From NCBI GenBank assembly GCA_016188785.1, contig JACPHD010000020.1, positions 3,306 to 67,305 on the forward strand: DNA of 64,000 nt, given 5' to 3'. A program made the translations under genes and the position numbers. Position 1 is the stretch's first letter; every line of letters starts with the position of its first letter. Below are positions 26,231 through 36,128 of the stretch, piece by piece. Source of the stretch: Parcubacteria group bacterium. Lineage in GTDB: Bacteria; Patescibacteriota; Patescibacteriia; Patescibacteriales; GWC2-42-12. The notes under the pieces are model-generated. The model ran no database searches. It had not been told where the DNA came from and was given only the letters and a program-made list of their open reading frames with translations.

Positions 26231-26605
26231 TTAGGCGGTAGTTTGTATTGGCTGATCCAGCGCGTTTTTTCTTATGCTAGTTTTAATCATCGCTATGATA
26301 TTAGCGATTTCCTCGGACTTTAAATTACGGTCGCATATCTTCCCCCTGATCTTGGGGAAGTATATTGCTATGACGCACTGGTTTTCTACTACGCATTTGA
26401 TATGAATTATAGCTCTAAGCCAAAGAGGCAGGTCGCATTTACATAAGCGGTCATCATAGCCGTAGGCAACCATAATCGGACATGGTAATTTTTCAATCTG
26501 CCGAAATTTAGCAGCCTCCGGACAATCTTTTTCCTCTTCTTCTCCCTTCTCCCGGCAAAATGCTCCGCCAAGGTGACAGATATTTTCATAAAAAGAGCAG
26601 CGCAT
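26231..26605 (-). CDS. hypothetical Cys-rich protein
   Basis: 124 aa with 10 Cys residues. A strong SD (AAGGAGG) lies 7 nt upstream of the ATG. No family was recognised. Confidence 0.6.
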   Translation of the reverse strand: MRCSFYENICHLGGAFCREKGEEEEKDCPEAAKFRQIEKLPCPIMVAYGYDDRLCKCDLPLWLRAIIHIKCVVENQCVIAIYFPKIRGKICDRNLKSEEIANIIAMIKTSIRKNALDQPIQTTA

Positions 26606-26699
26606 GATTATTTCCTCCTTTTCTTTTAAAGATCGTTGTCTTTTGTTCCGCCTAATGCCATATTCGGCGGCAATTCCTAAAATTACTCCCTAAAAAATT

Positions 26700-26724
26700 C
26701 CCCCCACCAAAATTTGGTGGGGGG
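26700..26724. terminator. intrinsic terminator for the minus-strand gene 26741-27136
   Basis: CCCCCCACC-AAAATTT-GGTGGGGGG, flanked by T/A runs on both strands. Confidence 0.7.
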
Positions 26725-26740
26725 AATTTTTAAATGATTT

Positions 26741-27136
26741 TTAATTTAAATCAGGCCTTTTAGTTTTCTCCATCAGTTCTTTCATAATTTCTTCAACGAT
26801 TATCTCGCGCCGATCGTTTTCTTCATGTTCGGCATTCCAAATTAATTTTTCTTTGATTCGCGCGGACTCTGCCGGATCATTTTTTAAGCCGTCAAACAAC
26901 CGATCAGCTTGTTCGGCGGTTAAATTGCCGCGCCTCGCTTCAAGCTGGAGCTGAGCACGGATCAATTTTAAAGTGTTCTCCAGCAAGGTTTTGCCTTTAT
27001 GTTTTTCGGCTTGCTCTAATAAAGCCGCTTCTTCGGGGTTGTTGACTTTCAAATTTATTCTTTGAGACTCTGGTGTGAGTTTTTTTGAAAATTTTTCGTT
27101 AATTTCCTCTGACGATTTATATATTTCTACGCCCAT
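26741..27136 (-). CDS. hypothetical protein (helical, charged)
   Basis: 131-aa ORF followed by a terminator. No motif was recognised. Confidence 0.5.
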   Translation of the reverse strand: MGVEIYKSSEEINEKFSKKLTPESQRINLKVNNPEEAALLEQAEKHKGKTLLENTLKLIRAQLQLEARRGNLTAEQADRLFDGLKNDPAESARIKEKLIWNAEHEENDRREIIVEEIMKELMEKTKRPDLN

Positions 27137-27187
27137 AATTTATGATTAAATATTTATAATAAAATTATATCATGGTTATTTTTTTTG

Positions 27188-28696
27188 TCAATTTTTTAAG
27201 GTATTTTTTAATATTTCCAGCAATAATTTTGGATTAGCTTTGCCTTTGGTGGCTGACATAATTTGCCCGACCAGGAACTGCAAAACATTGGCTTTGCCGG
27301 CTTTATACTCGTCAACTTGTTTTTGGTTTTTAAATACGACTTCAGCGATAATTTTTTCTAAAGCCGCCCGGTCATCAAGCTGTTCCAGTCCTAAATCAGC
27401 CATGATAGCGGTCGGATCGCCGCCTTGCTTAAACATTTTTTCCAAAATAGTCTGGGCGGCCGAGGAGTTTATTTTTTCCTGGTAAATCAGGCAGATAAGT
27501 TCGGCAAAATTTTCCGGAGTTATTTTTAGCTCGGCAATATTAAGTCCGTTGATTTTCAGATGCTTAAATAATTCATTGATTAGCCAATTAGCCGTGGCTT
27601 TGGCTAATTTGTGTTTTTGCCTTTGCCAGTCGTCGCCGGTTGCTTCAATCCAGGCGCGCAATTCGGAAATTACTTTTTCCGTGTAATCGGCCAAAGCCTT
27701 ATCGTCGGTTAAAATTTCCGCTTCCGCAGCGCTAAACAAATATTCGTCTTTAAAGCGCTTGATTTTTTGCGCCGGCAATTCGGCCAGCTGGCATTTTATT
27801 TCATCCAGCCAAGTTTGAGTAATTTTAAGCGGCGGAATATCCGGCTCGGGAAAATAGCGGTAATCAGCCGAGGTTTCTTTTATTCTCTGGCTAAAAGTTA
27901 GGCCTTGGTCATTATTCCAGCCGCGTGTTTCCTGTATCAGCTTCTCGCCTAGAGCTAAAGCCTTAAGCTGGCGCTTAATTTCATAGTCAACGGCTTTTTC
28001 CATATATCTAAAAGAATTAATGTTTTTTAATTCCACTTTAGGGTTTAGTTTGTAATCTCCTAAAGGTAAAATCTGGCCGTTGGCATATTGCCATCTGCCT
28101 GGCTCCTGCAGGCTGATATTGGCTTCGCAGCGCATTTCGCCTTTTTCCATGTCCGCGTTGGAAATATCTAAAAATCTTAAAATCTGCTGGTAGTTTTGAG
28201 CGAATTTTTTGGCCGTAGCCGCGTCCTTAATCACCGGCTCGGTTACCAGTTCAATCAGTGGCGTGCCGGCGCGGTTATAATCAACCAAAGAATATTTTTT
28301 TCCGGCCGGATGAATTAACTTGCCCGTGTCTTCTTCTAAATGGATTCTGGTGATTAAAACCGGCTTATCGTCAATTTCCAAAAAACCGTCATAAGCGATG
28401 GGCAAGTCATATTGGGATATCTGATAGCCTTTGGGCAGGTCAGGATAAAAATAATTTTTTCTATCAAACTTGGACAGTTCGTTAATTTTGCAATTTAAAG
28501 CCAGGCCGATTAAAATCGTCCATTCTATGGCTTGCTTATTAGGCAAGGGCAGGGTGCCGGGGTGCGCCAGACAGATCGGACAGACCATAGTATTCGGCTC
28601 TTTACCCTGCGCGTCGTTATTACAGCGGCAGAACATTTTTGATTTGGTTTTCAGTTCGGCATGGATTTCCAGGCCGATGATTGTGTCGTAATTCAT
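27188..28696 (-). CDS. gatB: Asp-tRNA(Asn)/Glu-tRNA(Gln) amidotransferase subunit B
   Basis: 502 aa. GLEIHAEL, NRAGTPLIELVTEP and a C-terminal GatB/YqeY domain. Confidence 0.95.
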   Translation of the reverse strand: MNYDTIIGLEIHAELKTKSKMFCRCNNDAQGKEPNTMVCPICLAHPGTLPLPNKQAIEWTILIGLALNCKINELSKFDRKNYFYPDLPKGYQISQYDLPIAYDGFLEIDDKPVLITRIHLEEDTGKLIHPAGKKYSLVDYNRAGTPLIELVTEPVIKDAATAKKFAQNYQQILRFLDISNADMEKGEMRCEANISLQEPGRWQYANGQILPLGDYKLNPKVELKNINSFRYMEKAVDYEIKRQLKALALGEKLIQETRGWNNDQGLTFSQRIKETSADYRYFPEPDIPPLKITQTWLDEIKCQLAELPAQKIKRFKDEYLFSAAEAEILTDDKALADYTEKVISELRAWIEATGDDWQRQKHKLAKATANWLINELFKHLKINGLNIAELKITPENFAELICLIYQEKINSSAAQTILEKMFKQGGDPTAIMADLGLEQLDDRAALEKIIAEVVFKNQKQVDEYKAGKANVLQFLVGQIMSATKGKANPKLLLEILKNTLKN

Positions 28697-28709
28697 AATT
28701 GTTGTCCGG

Positions 28710-29393
28710 TTAAAGTTTTAGCAGTTTATTTATTTCCCTCCAGACTAAATCGCCAATCTGCTCGCGGCTTAAGATTTTTCCGTTTTTAGCGCCTTCAATT
28801 AAGACCGTGTCAGGAAAATTTTTAGCGATTTCTAGATAAGTTTGTTCGGCTTTTTTAAGATGCTCTAAGCTATTGTGATGAATGTCGTTAGTTTTTCCGC
28901 GCCAATCTATTTTTTTTCTTTGCTCGGCTAAAGTTTGGGAAATTTTCGCGCCTAGATGCAGAATAATATTTAAGTCAGGCCTGGGGATGTTAAAAATTTC
29001 ATATTCTAAATGATAGAGCCAGGCAAAAAATTTTTTTCGTTCCAGCGGGTCGTTGATTTTTCCGCCTTGATGGCCCAGATTAGCCGTAACGTAACGGTTA
29101 GAAATAACTATTTTGCCTTGCGAGAGCCAGTTTTTTATTTTAAAACTGGCGTCATAGCGGTCGGCCGCGTAAAAAATTGAAGCCCGATACGGTCCGACTT
29201 GTTCGGGCGAGCCATATTTGCCTTCTAAATAATTTTCCACCAGTCCGGCCGATTTAGTATTGTATTGGGGAAAGTCGGCTAACTCCACGGCCAGACCGGC
29301 TTGTTTTAGTCTTTGAGCTAAAATTTCCGTTTGTGTGGCCTTGCCCGAGCCGTCAACGCCGTCAATCACGATTAGTTTTCCTGGATGATTCAT
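28710..29393 (-). CDS. tmk: thymidylate kinase
   Basis: 227 aa. IVIDGVDGSGKATQ P-loop and a DRY motif (AADRYD). Confidence 0.9.
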   Translation of the reverse strand: MNHPGKLIVIDGVDGSGKATQTEILAQRLKQAGLAVELADFPQYNTKSAGLVENYLEGKYGSPEQVGPYRASIFYAADRYDASFKIKNWLSQGKIVISNRYVTANLGHQGGKINDPLERKKFFAWLYHLEYEIFNIPRPDLNIILHLGAKISQTLAEQRKKIDWRGKTNDIHHNSLEHLKKAEQTYLEIAKNFPDTVLIEGAKNGKILSREQIGDLVWREINKLLKL

Positions 29394-29932
29394 AATATTT
29401 GGTCAATCTGCTTATGTAAATTAGCCAAATCGCCCTGGTTAATAATAGTGAAATTAGCCATAGCAATCGGACCGCCCTGGTGTAAGTTTTCAATTTGCGC
29501 GTAATCGCGGCTTATCGCTTGCCTGGAAGTAAGCGGCCGGTAATTTCTGCTCTCCAGCCTTTGATATCTTGCTCGCGGCGAAGCGTAAACGGCAATGGTA
29601 AAAAGATTATTTTTAAATTTATTTTTTAAGTATTTATATTCATCCCAGCCGTAAAGACTTTCCAAAAGTATTATTTTTTTATTTTTTAATTTATTAATTT
29701 TTTTATAAACCTGCCTGGCATAATAATCCAGGCCGTATTTTTTTCTGATTGCCTCTCTAACCAACCTTTCATTTTTTTCGTTAATCGGCAGTTTTCTTTT
29801 TTTTATTTCGTCAAACGTAACCTCGCCGAAATAAACTTTTGGCCAGTTGAATTTTTTTATTAAATATTCTATAACCTCGGTTTTACCCGAGCCGGGCAAA
29901 CCCAGAATAGCGATAATTTTTTTATTTTTCAT
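29390..29932 (-). CDS. P-loop nucleotide/nucleoside-monophosphate kinase-like protein
   Basis: 180 aa. ILGLPGSGKTE Walker A. It is embedded in the dNTP-metabolism cluster. Substrate is not assignable from the sequence. Confidence 0.55.
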   Translation of the reverse strand: MKNKKIIAILGLPGSGKTEVIEYLIKKFNWPKVYFGEVTFDEIKKRKLPINEKNERLVREAIRKKYGLDYYARQVYKKINKLKNKKIILLESLYGWDEYKYLKNKFKNNLFTIAVYASPRARYQRLESRNYRPLTSRQAISRDYAQIENLHQGGPIAMANFTIINQGDLANLHKQIDQIL

Positions 29933-30428
29933 GTTTTTCTTTTAAAGCCTGCTCAATTATTTTTAGGCTGTTTTTATTGCCCAGGGAATTATAAAATTTT
30001 ATTTTGCCAAGCTTTTTTATATCAATCCATTCAGCCAGATCCGCGTATTTTCTTTCATATCCGTCAAGATTGGCTTTTGATAGTTCACCGCTGATTTTTT
30101 TAACTAAAAAATAAAACAACTGGCAGTTCCAGCATTTTTTTCTGAAGATTGCGTTAAAAAAAGAGCTGCCCACATAAATAATTTTTACTGACTTAACCTT
30201 AAAGCCGGTTTCTTCCCAAAATTCTCTTTTTAAAGTTTGTTCAATAGTTTCATGAAGTTCGGCGCCGCCGCCGGGAAAATCATAGCCGTCCCATTGTTTT
30301 GACAGCAAGACTTTATTTTTTTCTATTAAAATACCGTAAATTGACGGGCGGAAAGTTAATTTATTAGCTTCTACTTTATACAGCTTGCCGTCTCTATCAT
30401 GGCAAACAACGGTTTTATTTATAGCCAT
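29922..30428 (-). CDS. NUDIX hydrolase
   Basis: 168 aa. NUDIX box GGGAELHETIEQTLKREFWEETG. Confidence 0.8.
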   Translation of the reverse strand: MAINKTVVCHDRDGKLYKVEANKLTFRPSIYGILIEKNKVLLSKQWDGYDFPGGGAELHETIEQTLKREFWEETGFKVKSVKIIYVGSSFFNAIFRKKCWNCQLFYFLVKKISGELSKANLDGYERKYADLAEWIDIKKLGKIKFYNSLGNKNSLKIIEQALKEKHEK

Positions 30429-30430
30429 AT

Positions 30431-30910
30431 TTATTTAGTTAATTCTACAAAACTATATTTATAGCCGCTGGATTCTTTGGCTTCGGCTTTTATAATATTC
30501 TTAAACTCCGCGTATTCAGGAAAAAAAGTATCAGCCTGCGCCGGCTCATCATCAACAATGGTTAAATATAATTTATCAGCCAAAGGCAAAGCTTGCGCGT
30601 AAATTTGTCCGCCGCCGATAAAAAAAATCTCGCCTTTATTTTGCGCTTTAGCTAACTCAATTGCTCGTTCTAATGAATGCGCGATCAAGCAATTTTCAGC
30701 TTTAAAATTATTATTTTTAGTTAAAATTATATTTACCCGATTGGGCAGGGGACGGCTGTTCATAGAGCGAAAAGTATTCTCGCCCATGATAACCGTATGT
30801 CCGCTAGTGATAGCCTGAAAATGTTTCATGTCTTCCGGAATATCATAAAGCAGTTTATTATTAAAACCGATAGCGCGGTTTTTGGCGATAATGGCAATCA
30901 GGGAAATCAT
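30431..30910 (-). CDS. folA: dihydrofolate reductase
   Basis: 159 aa. ISLIAIIAKNRAIG...LPNRVNIILT...FFIGGGQIYAQAL. Confidence 0.9.
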   Translation of the reverse strand: MISLIAIIAKNRAIGFNNKLLYDIPEDMKHFQAITSGHTVIMGENTFRSMNSRPLPNRVNIILTKNNNFKAENCLIAHSLERAIELAKAQNKGEIFFIGGGQIYAQALPLADKLYLTIVDDEPAQADTFFPEYAEFKNIIKAEAKESSGYKYSFVELTK

Positions 30911-30915
30911 AGTTA

Positions 30916-31914
30916 TTAATTTTTCTTATACAGTTTATCTTTTACAAAATTTTTCCAATTATCAGTTGTTAAGCCGCCGGTTGGTGTCAATTCGGCTTTA
31001 ATCGGCGGGTGCGGGTCGTAATTTTCTAATTTAACATGTTCCGGCCTAAAATCATCAATTTCTTTGACGCTTTCATCAAGGACGACGCGGGGAAACTGTT
31101 TCGGCTTCCTGGTTAATTGCTCTTTCACCTGCTCAATATGATTGGAATATATATGAGCGTCGCCGAAAGTATGGATGAATTCGCCCGCCCTGTTGCCCGT
31201 AACTTTGGCCAGTATTATGGCCAAGAGAGCGTAGCTGGCGATATTAAACGGCACGCCTAAAAACATGTCAGCCGTCCTTTGGTATAAATGTAAAGACAAT
31301 TTGCCATTTTTGACATTGCATTGATACATATTATGGCAGATAGGAAAACGAGAGGCTTCTTCAGGCTTAGCCATTTGATATAAATATTCAGGATTCCAGG
31401 AATTTACTAAGGTGTTATGAGCGTCAGGGTCTTTTTTTAATTCGTTAACCAGCCACCCTACTTGATCAATACCGCGGCCGTCTTTAGCCGGCCAGCGCCG
31501 CCACATCTGGCCATAAATATGTTTTAGCTCGCCGTATTTTTTTGCATAATCATCGTCCCCGGCGATTTTTTTTATGAACTCTTCTTGCGTCAATTCCGGC
31601 TCCAAGCCTTTTTCCATCAGCTCGCGGTAGATTTTATAAGGATAATCGTCCCAGATATGAACGTTATTATCCACTAAAAATTTTATATTGGATTGGCCGG
31701 ATAAAAACCAATATAATTCATATAGCACGCCTTTCCAATAAATCTTTTTGGTGGTTAACAGGGGAAAGTCCTGATTCAGATCAAAGCGGATTTGCCGGCC
31801 GAAGACGCTATAAGTAATGGCGCCGGTTCCCATATCTTCCTGTTTAACGCCATTATCTAAAATGTCCTGAAGCAAATTTAAATATTGATATTCGGGGTGA
31901 GTTTGGTTTGGCAT
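30916..31914 (-). CDS. thyA: thymidylate synthase ThyA (long form)
   Basis: 332 aa. YQYLNLLQDIL, and FPICHNMYQCNV containing the catalytic Cys. The DAHIY motif is also present. Confidence 0.95.
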   Translation of the reverse strand: MPNQTHPEYQYLNLLQDILDNGVKQEDMGTGAITYSVFGRQIRFDLNQDFPLLTTKKIYWKGVLYELYWFLSGQSNIKFLVDNNVHIWDDYPYKIYRELMEKGLEPELTQEEFIKKIAGDDDYAKKYGELKHIYGQMWRRWPAKDGRGIDQVGWLVNELKKDPDAHNTLVNSWNPEYLYQMAKPEEASRFPICHNMYQCNVKNGKLSLHLYQRTADMFLGVPFNIASYALLAIILAKVTGNRAGEFIHTFGDAHIYSNHIEQVKEQLTRKPKQFPRVVLDESVKEIDDFRPEHVKLENYDPHPPIKAELTPTGGLTTDNWKNFVKDKLYKKN

Positions 31915-32001
31915 ATTGATTATTTGTGATTTATATGATTATATAAAATTGGCACTTTGTAAAACTAGGTCTGACAAAAAATTAATTTAAGGAGGTAGAT
32001 C

Positions 32002-32424
32002 GTGGAGAGAACTTTGGCATTGATCAAACCACATGTATTTTATCTGGATCCTAGTAACACACTTAATGCTATGGCTGACATCATCGGCCGGTATCTTAGC
32101 ACCGGATTGATGTTGGAATCTATTAAAACGTTAACTTTTACGTCCGAGACGGCCGCCGAATTTTATCGCGAGCATTTAAAAGAACGGTTTTTCCCGGAGT
32201 TGGCTGAAGAAATGACGTTCGACCAATGTGTAGCCATGATTTTCGTGGGTGAAAACGCGGTACAAAAAGTCAGAGAGATCAACGGGGTTACCAATCCGGC
32301 CGAAGCTTTACCAGGCACCTTGCGTCATAAATATGGCATTAAAAAGAAGGGACCGAGAAATGCGGTACATGGGTCTGATTCACTAGAAAGCGCTGAGAGG
32401 GAAATCAAAGTGATTTTCAGTTAA
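32002..32424 (+). CDS. ndk: nucleoside diphosphate kinase
   Basis: 140 aa with a GTG start preceded by AAGGAGG. ERTLALIKP, the GVTNPAEALPGTLR region and NAVHGSDS (catalytic His) are present. Confidence 0.85.
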   Translation: MERTLALIKPHVFYLDPSNTLNAMADIIGRYLSTGLMLESIKTLTFTSETAAEFYREHLKERFFPELAEEMTFDQCVAMIFVGENAVQKVREINGVTNPAEALPGTLRHKYGIKKKGPRNAVHGSDSLESAEREIKVIFS

Positions 32425-32469
32425 GACTTAAAGGAACGAAGAGGATGTCAATTCGGCATCCTCATTTTT

Positions 32470-33054
32470 TTATTTATTTTTTTTCCAGCGAGCTAAATAT
32501 TTTTCTGTTTTAGCTAATAGCTGTTTAAGTATTTTTTTACCTGACTTTGTTTTATAATATTTCATCCGTTTTTTAAAAGTGGTGGATAAAAATAATTCAG
32601 TATTTTTTTTGTCATAGCTTGGCTTACAATTATACCAGTCAATTTGCGCCAAGCCATCAGCTTCAAAAACTAATTGCCGGTCAGGTTCTATTATTTTTGA
32701 ATGTTTATCATGATTTTTTACTAAATAGGCGACGCGGCTTATTTCTGCTGACTTAAAATAATTTAATGTTGGCAAAAATTTTTTTATATTTTCCGCGCTA
32801 CGTTTGGAATGGTCGGGCTTGGCCGCCATAACCTGCTTATGGTTATAACCCAAGGGCAGTTTTTCATAACCAGTATCATGAAAATAAATCGCCGGAATTA
32901 AGATTTTTTCATCCCCGCCTTCTAATTTTATTAGTTTTTTTAGCCATTTTACCGCGCATAAAGTATGGCGCTTGTCCCAGTTAGCGCGGCCGGATTTTAA
33001 TAATTTTAAGGCTTGCTGCTTAATTTTGGCTTCAATTTTTTTGTCTAATTTCAT
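32470..33054 (-). CDS. HD-domain phosphohydrolase
   Basis: 194 aa. H...HD motif (IYFHDTGY) with a downstream D. Confidence 0.65.
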   Translation of the reverse strand: MKLDKKIEAKIKQQALKLLKSGRANWDKRHTLCAVKWLKKLIKLEGGDEKILIPAIYFHDTGYEKLPLGYNHKQVMAAKPDHSKRSAENIKKFLPTLNYFKSAEISRVAYLVKNHDKHSKIIEPDRQLVFEADGLAQIDWYNCKPSYDKKNTELFLSTTFKKRMKYYKTKSGKKILKQLLAKTEKYLARWKKNK

Positions 33055-33599
33055 ATCTGCGTTTCCTTACCCTCGGTGCCGACCCGGCCGCCCTGCCATT
33101 GGCCGCGGTAATGATTGCCTTGGCCTAAGACTTCATGAAAAGCAATATGCGCGATGCGCGCGCTGAAAGAAATTTTAATCTGGCTCTTGCCTAAATTAGA
33201 GATGCCGAAAGTAAGCTCGCCCGAGTAGCCGGGCTGGACAAGGCCATTAAACATGCCTAAACCGGAACGGAACATGGTGGTGCGGGGAAAAATTAGGCCG
33301 GACAAATTAGCCGGCAAATTAACTTTTTCCATGGTTTTAATTAAATAATATTTGCCTGGTTCAAAAATAAAAAAGTTCTTCTCTTCAGGTTTTTCCGGTT
33401 CATGCATAGCTAATAGTTTTATTTTTGGCGTGTATCTTTCTTCAACGCCTAAAAAACCGTCGCCGGTTAATTCATAAATTTCGCCTAAGCGCAAATCAAA
33501 ACCCGCGCCTTCGGGATTATTCATCTCCCGCTCGCACAAGTTTTCCACTAAATTTATTTCCTTAACTAATTCGTGAAGTTTTTTTATGCCGAGAATCAT
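33051..33599 (-). CDS. dcd: dCTP deaminase/dUTPase-superfamily protein
   Basis: 182 aa. GAGFDLRLG and VQPGYSGELTFGISN motifs of the Dcd/Dut fold. Confidence 0.75.
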   Translation of the reverse strand: MILGIKKLHELVKEINLVENLCEREMNNPEGAGFDLRLGEIYELTGDGFLGVEERYTPKIKLLAMHEPEKPEEKNFFIFEPGKYYLIKTMEKVNLPANLSGLIFPRTTMFRSGLGMFNGLVQPGYSGELTFGISNLGKSQIKISFSARIAHIAFHEVLGQGNHYRGQWQGGRVGTEGKETQI

Positions 33600-33607
33600 A
33601 ATTGTTA

Positions 33608-34120
33608 TTAGACGTTAATATGAAATCTGCCTACGTATTTTCTTACTTTAATGCCTCGTCTTTCGGCCAAGTCCCAGGCTTCGCGCTCTTCTTCAAATCT
33701 TTCGCCGCCGGTTTGGATGCGGCGGTAAATATCATTATAAACGATTTCTTTGATGCCGGCGTTATTGAGCGCTTTCAGGCAGTCGTAGCAGGGAAAAAAA
33801 GTGGCATAGAGCGTAGCGCCGTTCAGCCGCCGCGTATCCTGGGAATTTATCACGCCGTTTATTTCCGCGTGCACGCCGCGGCAACGTTCAAGTTTTTTAG
33901 TAAGCGGATTGCCGTCAACTTTGGCGCAACCGGCTTCCAGGCAGTGATAATCGCCCTCGGACGGGCCGTTATAACCTAAAGAAATGATTCTTTTTCGGTC
34001 ATCAACAAAAACCGCGCCGACCGTATGATAGCGGCAGGCGGTTCTCTCTGATACCAGCAAAGCTAAATTCATAAAAGTTTCGTCCCAGCTTAAACGGCTG
34101 AAATGTTTAACTTCGGCCAT
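33608..34120 (-). CDS. comEB: dCMP deaminase (ComEB family)
   Basis: 170 aa. Zinc motifs HAEINGV and PCYDCLK. Confidence 0.9.
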   Translation of the reverse strand: MAEVKHFSRLSWDETFMNLALLVSERTACRYHTVGAVFVDDRKRIISLGYNGPSEGDYHCLEAGCAKVDGNPLTKKLERCRGVHAEINGVINSQDTRRLNGATLYATFFPCYDCLKALNNAGIKEIVYNDIYRRIQTGGERFEEEREAWDLAERRGIKVRKYVGRFHINV

Positions 34121-34225
34121 AAATTTTGAAATTAAAAAGTTATTTTATTTTAGCAAATAGATAAAATAATGGCATAATTTAAGATTAGCAAAAGATGATG
34201 AAAAAGGCAACCAGTAATAAAAACA

Positions 34226-34257
34226 GGGCGCAACGGATATAATTTCGCGTTGCGCCC
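34226..34257. terminator. bidirectional stem-loop terminator
   Basis: GGGCGCAACG-12 nt-CGTTGCGCCC, followed by TTTT on the plus strand and TGTTTTT on the minus strand. Confidence 0.6.
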
Positions 34258-34275
34258 TTTTGCGGGGTGTCTCTA

Positions 34276-34464
34276 CTAGCCTGTTCTCAGGCTTTGCTCC
34301 AAGTGAGCGCTCTGCCAAGCGTTTTTCAGAACTTCTTGAGCCCTTCTTAAGGCCTTGCTCTCATTGTTTTCCAGAATACCTTGCTCTTTTACGATTTTTC
34401 TCAGCCAGGCATTTTTTCTTTCCTCCAGTTCAGAAATCTGCTCTACGAGATTTTTTTCTGCCAT
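34276..34464 (-). CDS. small hypothetical protein (62 aa)
   Basis: This is the internal ATG of the 134-aa ORF in the track. It is preceded by AAGGAGAG at proper spacing, and a terminator lies downstream. The protein is predicted to be helical. Confidence 0.45.
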   Translation of the reverse strand: MAEKNLVEQISELEERKNAWLRKIVKEQGILENNESKALRRAQEVLKNAWQSAHLEQSLRTG

Positions 34465-34628
34465 TTTTTTTCTCTCCTTTTTAAGAAATGGCGGTGTGTT
34501 TTGCTGGCAGATAAACTGCCACTTAAAAGAACCAATCCCCGCGGAATTGCGAGGATGATGATTTTGATCTTGGTTAGACAAAATATCAAAATCATAATTC
34601 TCGCAATTAATTCTTAAAAACAAAAAAA

Positions 34629-34653
34629 CCTTCGCTACTGGCGAAGGTTTTTT
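34629..34653. terminator. intrinsic terminator downstream of rplA (minus strand)
   Basis: CCTTCGC-TACTG-GCGAAGG, with T-runs on both strands. Confidence 0.7.
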
Positions 34654-34788
34654 GTCTAAGAGTTCTTTGCTTAAACACAAACAAGCCTTCGCCGGAAAAG
34701 GTTCATCATCATGGCCATCATAATTTGCGCTTGTTTATAATTTTTCATAACTAATTGCATTGTAGCATAGAGCTAAAAGTTGTCAAGG

Positions 34789-35451
34789 CTATAAAGCTAG
34801 TTTTAGACCCGGGCCCATAGTTGAACTAATATAAGCTTTTTTCAGGTAAACACCTTTGGCAGTCGCCGGCTTGGCTTTTTTTACGGCTTCTAAAAGCGCT
34901 TCAAAATTTTCAATTAATTTTTCCGCGGTAAAGGAAACTTTGCCGATAGCCACGTGCAGATTGCCGGTGTCGTCGTTTTTCAGGCTGACCTTGCCTTTTT
35001 TAAGTTCAGCCACGGCTTTAGCCGGGTCGGTGGTAACGGTTTCATTCTTAGGAGAGGGCATCAGGCCGCGCGTGCCTAAAATTTTAGCGATAGCGGCTAA
35101 ATTTTTCATCAGGGCCGGTTCGGCCACGGCTACCTGGAAATCGGTTTTTTCGGTTTTTTTTATTTCATTGATTAAATCTTCGCCGCCAACATAATCCGCG
35201 CCGACTTGGCGGACTTCGGCTTCTTTAGCCGGAGTGACAAAAGCCGCCACCTTAACGGTTTTACCAGTGCCATGAGGCAAAGACACGGCTAACCTTACCT
35301 GCTGTTCGCCTTTTTTAGTATCAATGCCTAACTTGAAATGGATTTCTACTGAAGCGTCAAATTTTGTTCGCGACAATTTTTTAGCCAAGTCAACGGCTTC
35401 CGCGATCGGATAAGCCTTTGACTTGTCAAAATCAACTGTTTCTTTTTTCAT
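34789..35451 (-). CDS. rplA: 50S ribosomal protein L1
   Basis: 220 aa. FDASVEIHFKLGID...LPHGTGK. Confidence 0.95.
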   Translation of the reverse strand: MKKETVDFDKSKAYPIAEAVDLAKKLSRTKFDASVEIHFKLGIDTKKGEQQVRLAVSLPHGTGKTVKVAAFVTPAKEAEVRQVGADYVGGEDLINEIKKTEKTDFQVAVAEPALMKNLAAIAKILGTRGLMPSPKNETVTTDPAKAVAELKKGKVSLKNDDTGNLHVAIGKVSFTAEKLIENFEALLEAVKKAKPATAKGVYLKKAYISSTMGPGLKLAL

Positions 35452-35471
35452 AATTTATTCAATATTTATTC

Positions 35472-35644
35472 AATGTAAAGTTAAAATTACAAATAACAAA
35501 TTCCAAACAATATCTAAATTCAAATTTACTAATATCTAGAATTATATTGTTAGTATTTATAATTTAGAATTTGTTTGTGATTTGGCGTTTGGTTATTGGA
35601 ATTTTTAATGATATTTTTATTTTTAACTGTAATTTTACATTTTG
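35472..35644. repeat. long AT-rich tiled palindrome between rplK and rplA
   Basis: AATGTAAAGTTAAAATTACAAATAACAAATTCCAAACAATATCTAAATTC pairs with ...TTAACTGTAATTTTACATTTT. The 50-nt word TTACAAATAACAAATTYCAAACAATMTCTAAATTC recurs at 42917 and, inverted, at 37201. Confidence 0.8.
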
Positions 35645-35672
35645 TCAGCCAACTGGCGGATTTAATTTTCAA

Positions 35673-36095
35673 CTATTTTATCTCCACGCCCATCTGTCTG
35701 GCCGTGCCGGCGATAATTTTCATGGCCGCCTCAATGTTATTGGCGTTTAGGTCTGGCATTTTTATTTCCGCTATTTCTTTAAGTTGGGACTTAGTAATTG
35801 AACCGACTTTCTCGGTTAGGGGCTTGCCTGAACCTTTGGGGATTTTCGCGAATTTTTTGATTAGTTCCGCAGCCGGCGGAGTTTTCAGAATAAAAGTATA
35901 AGTTCTGTCTTCAAAAACAGTAATTTCCACCGGCGTGATGTCGCCCATTTTATCTTTGGTTTTTTCATTAAAAGCCTGACAGAATTGGGCGATATTTAAG
36001 CCATGCTGACCTAAGGCCGGACCGACCGGCGGCGCCGGATTGGCCTGGCCGGCCGGAATTTGCAATTTAATTTTAGTTAATATTTTTTTTGTCAT
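35673..36095 (-). CDS. rplK: 50S ribosomal protein L11
   Basis: 140 aa. [23 protein letters not shown]. Confidence 0.97.
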   Translation of the reverse strand: MTKKILTKIKLQIPAGQANPAPPVGPALGQHGLNIAQFCQAFNEKTKDKMGDITPVEITVFEDRTYTFILKTPPAAELIKKFAKIPKGSGKPLTEKVGSITKSQLKEIAEIKMPDLNANNIEAAMKIIAGTARQMGVEIK

Positions 36096-36128
36096 ACTAA
36101 TTAGGTTAGTTGTTTTATAATCTTTTTA

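Noticed and set aside
34276-34680. 134-aa version of the minus-strand ORF, and the three plus-strand ORFs at 34260-34617
   Set aside because: Only the distal 62 codons have an SD-ATG context (AAGGAGAG-N8-ATG at 34464). The upstream part runs through a terminator hairpin (34629-34653) and an intergenic palindrome. Even the 62-aa call has low confidence.
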